Shown: piece after piece, positions 63,401 through 64,000 of the stretch | How the letters are laid out: each line of letters opens with the position of its first letter | Position numbering within the stretch: position 1 is the first letter of the stretch | Origin: Sphagnum compactum | Lineage: Eukaryota | Length of the DNA stretch: 64,000 nt | Assembly: GCA_965153455.1 (NCBI GenBank) | Contig: OZ234493.1 | Span: forward strand, 2,914,001 to 2,978,000 | Reading direction: 5' to 3' | Made by a program: the position numbers and the translations under genes | Notes under the pieces: generated by a model | What the model was told of the DNA's origin: nothing | Databases searched by the model: none | The model's input: only the letters and a program-made list of their open reading frames with translations

Positions 63401-64000
63401 CAAAAAGGTTGATGTTAATAATATCAGCAGGGTATATGGAATTTTGATGGATGGCTACTAATAAATAATAAACTTATTATAAATAAGCCCCCCATGTTGT
63501 TTGTGAGTAGGCTAGTGACTCTCCAAGTATTGAGCCCCCCACCAAACCATTGAGAAGGAGGCATCCCTTTGGGTGGGTGGGTGGGTGGGTGGGTAGGGAA
63601 GATCATTTTATTCATAACAAAAATCAAATATGATTCTCCATTCAAGAAGCAATTAAAGGCATGTGAGAAAGTTGCATTTCTTTCACACACTCACACACCT
63701 TTAGGCTTTCACTTCCCCCTCTCCCCTCCCCTCCCCCAACCCCTCATCACCCTCTTGTTTTGCATTAGTTTTGAGGTCAATCAACATGATATGAATCTGA
63801 CATATATATAATTCACTAGAATCCCTGACAACAACAAGCACTGGCTATGATGGAATGAAATATTCTATACCAGTGAGCAATGAGCATTAATGCAAAACTC
63901 AATGGGTAGTAGTAGATTGGAGTGTTGGGCTGGTTAAGGGTTTAGGGTTTAGGATCAATTTGATCTTGTTAATAGGTAGGGTGGGTTGTTCTTAGGAAAG

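Noticed and set aside
63937..63953. TTTAGGG telomere-like repeats (also at ~2700 and ~40078)
   Set aside because: Only about two units each. These are interstitial telo-box-type motifs, not a chromosome end.

Overview
AT-rich, intron-containing land-plant nuclear DNA. A bryophyte, Sphagnum-like origin is inferred from gene and repeat style and is not proven. Five protein-coding genes can be built from GT-AG exons: the 3' end of an NDRG/NDL (SF21-like) gene (+, 1..885), a G-patch/DUF4187 GPATCH11-like gene (+, 2492..4857), a 10-exon TMEM214/DUF2359-like gene (-, 11586..16528), an S40 senescence regulator with an intronless CDS (-, 27487..28221) and a 3-methyladenine DNA glycosylase I (TAG)-like gene with a ~540-aa Ser/Pro-rich N-terminal extension (-, 54628..57947). 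Intergenic DNA is a mosaic of transposon relics: four short non-autonomous Helitrons with a shared 3' terminus but different cargo, three solo LTRs, several MITE-like elements, a PIF/Harbinger relic, a decayed Ty3/Gypsy element, a 45/46-bp dimeric tandem array and a dispersed ~250-bp repeat. The most notable observations are two independent, oppositely oriented Helitron insertions at the homologous site of one host repeat family, an unexplained GC-rich island with nested stems at ~61.3-61.5 kb, and the architecture of the TAG-like protein, including a decayed duplicate exon. No CRISPR array, rRNA or tRNA was recognised. All family assignments are by-eye motif recognition, not database searches.
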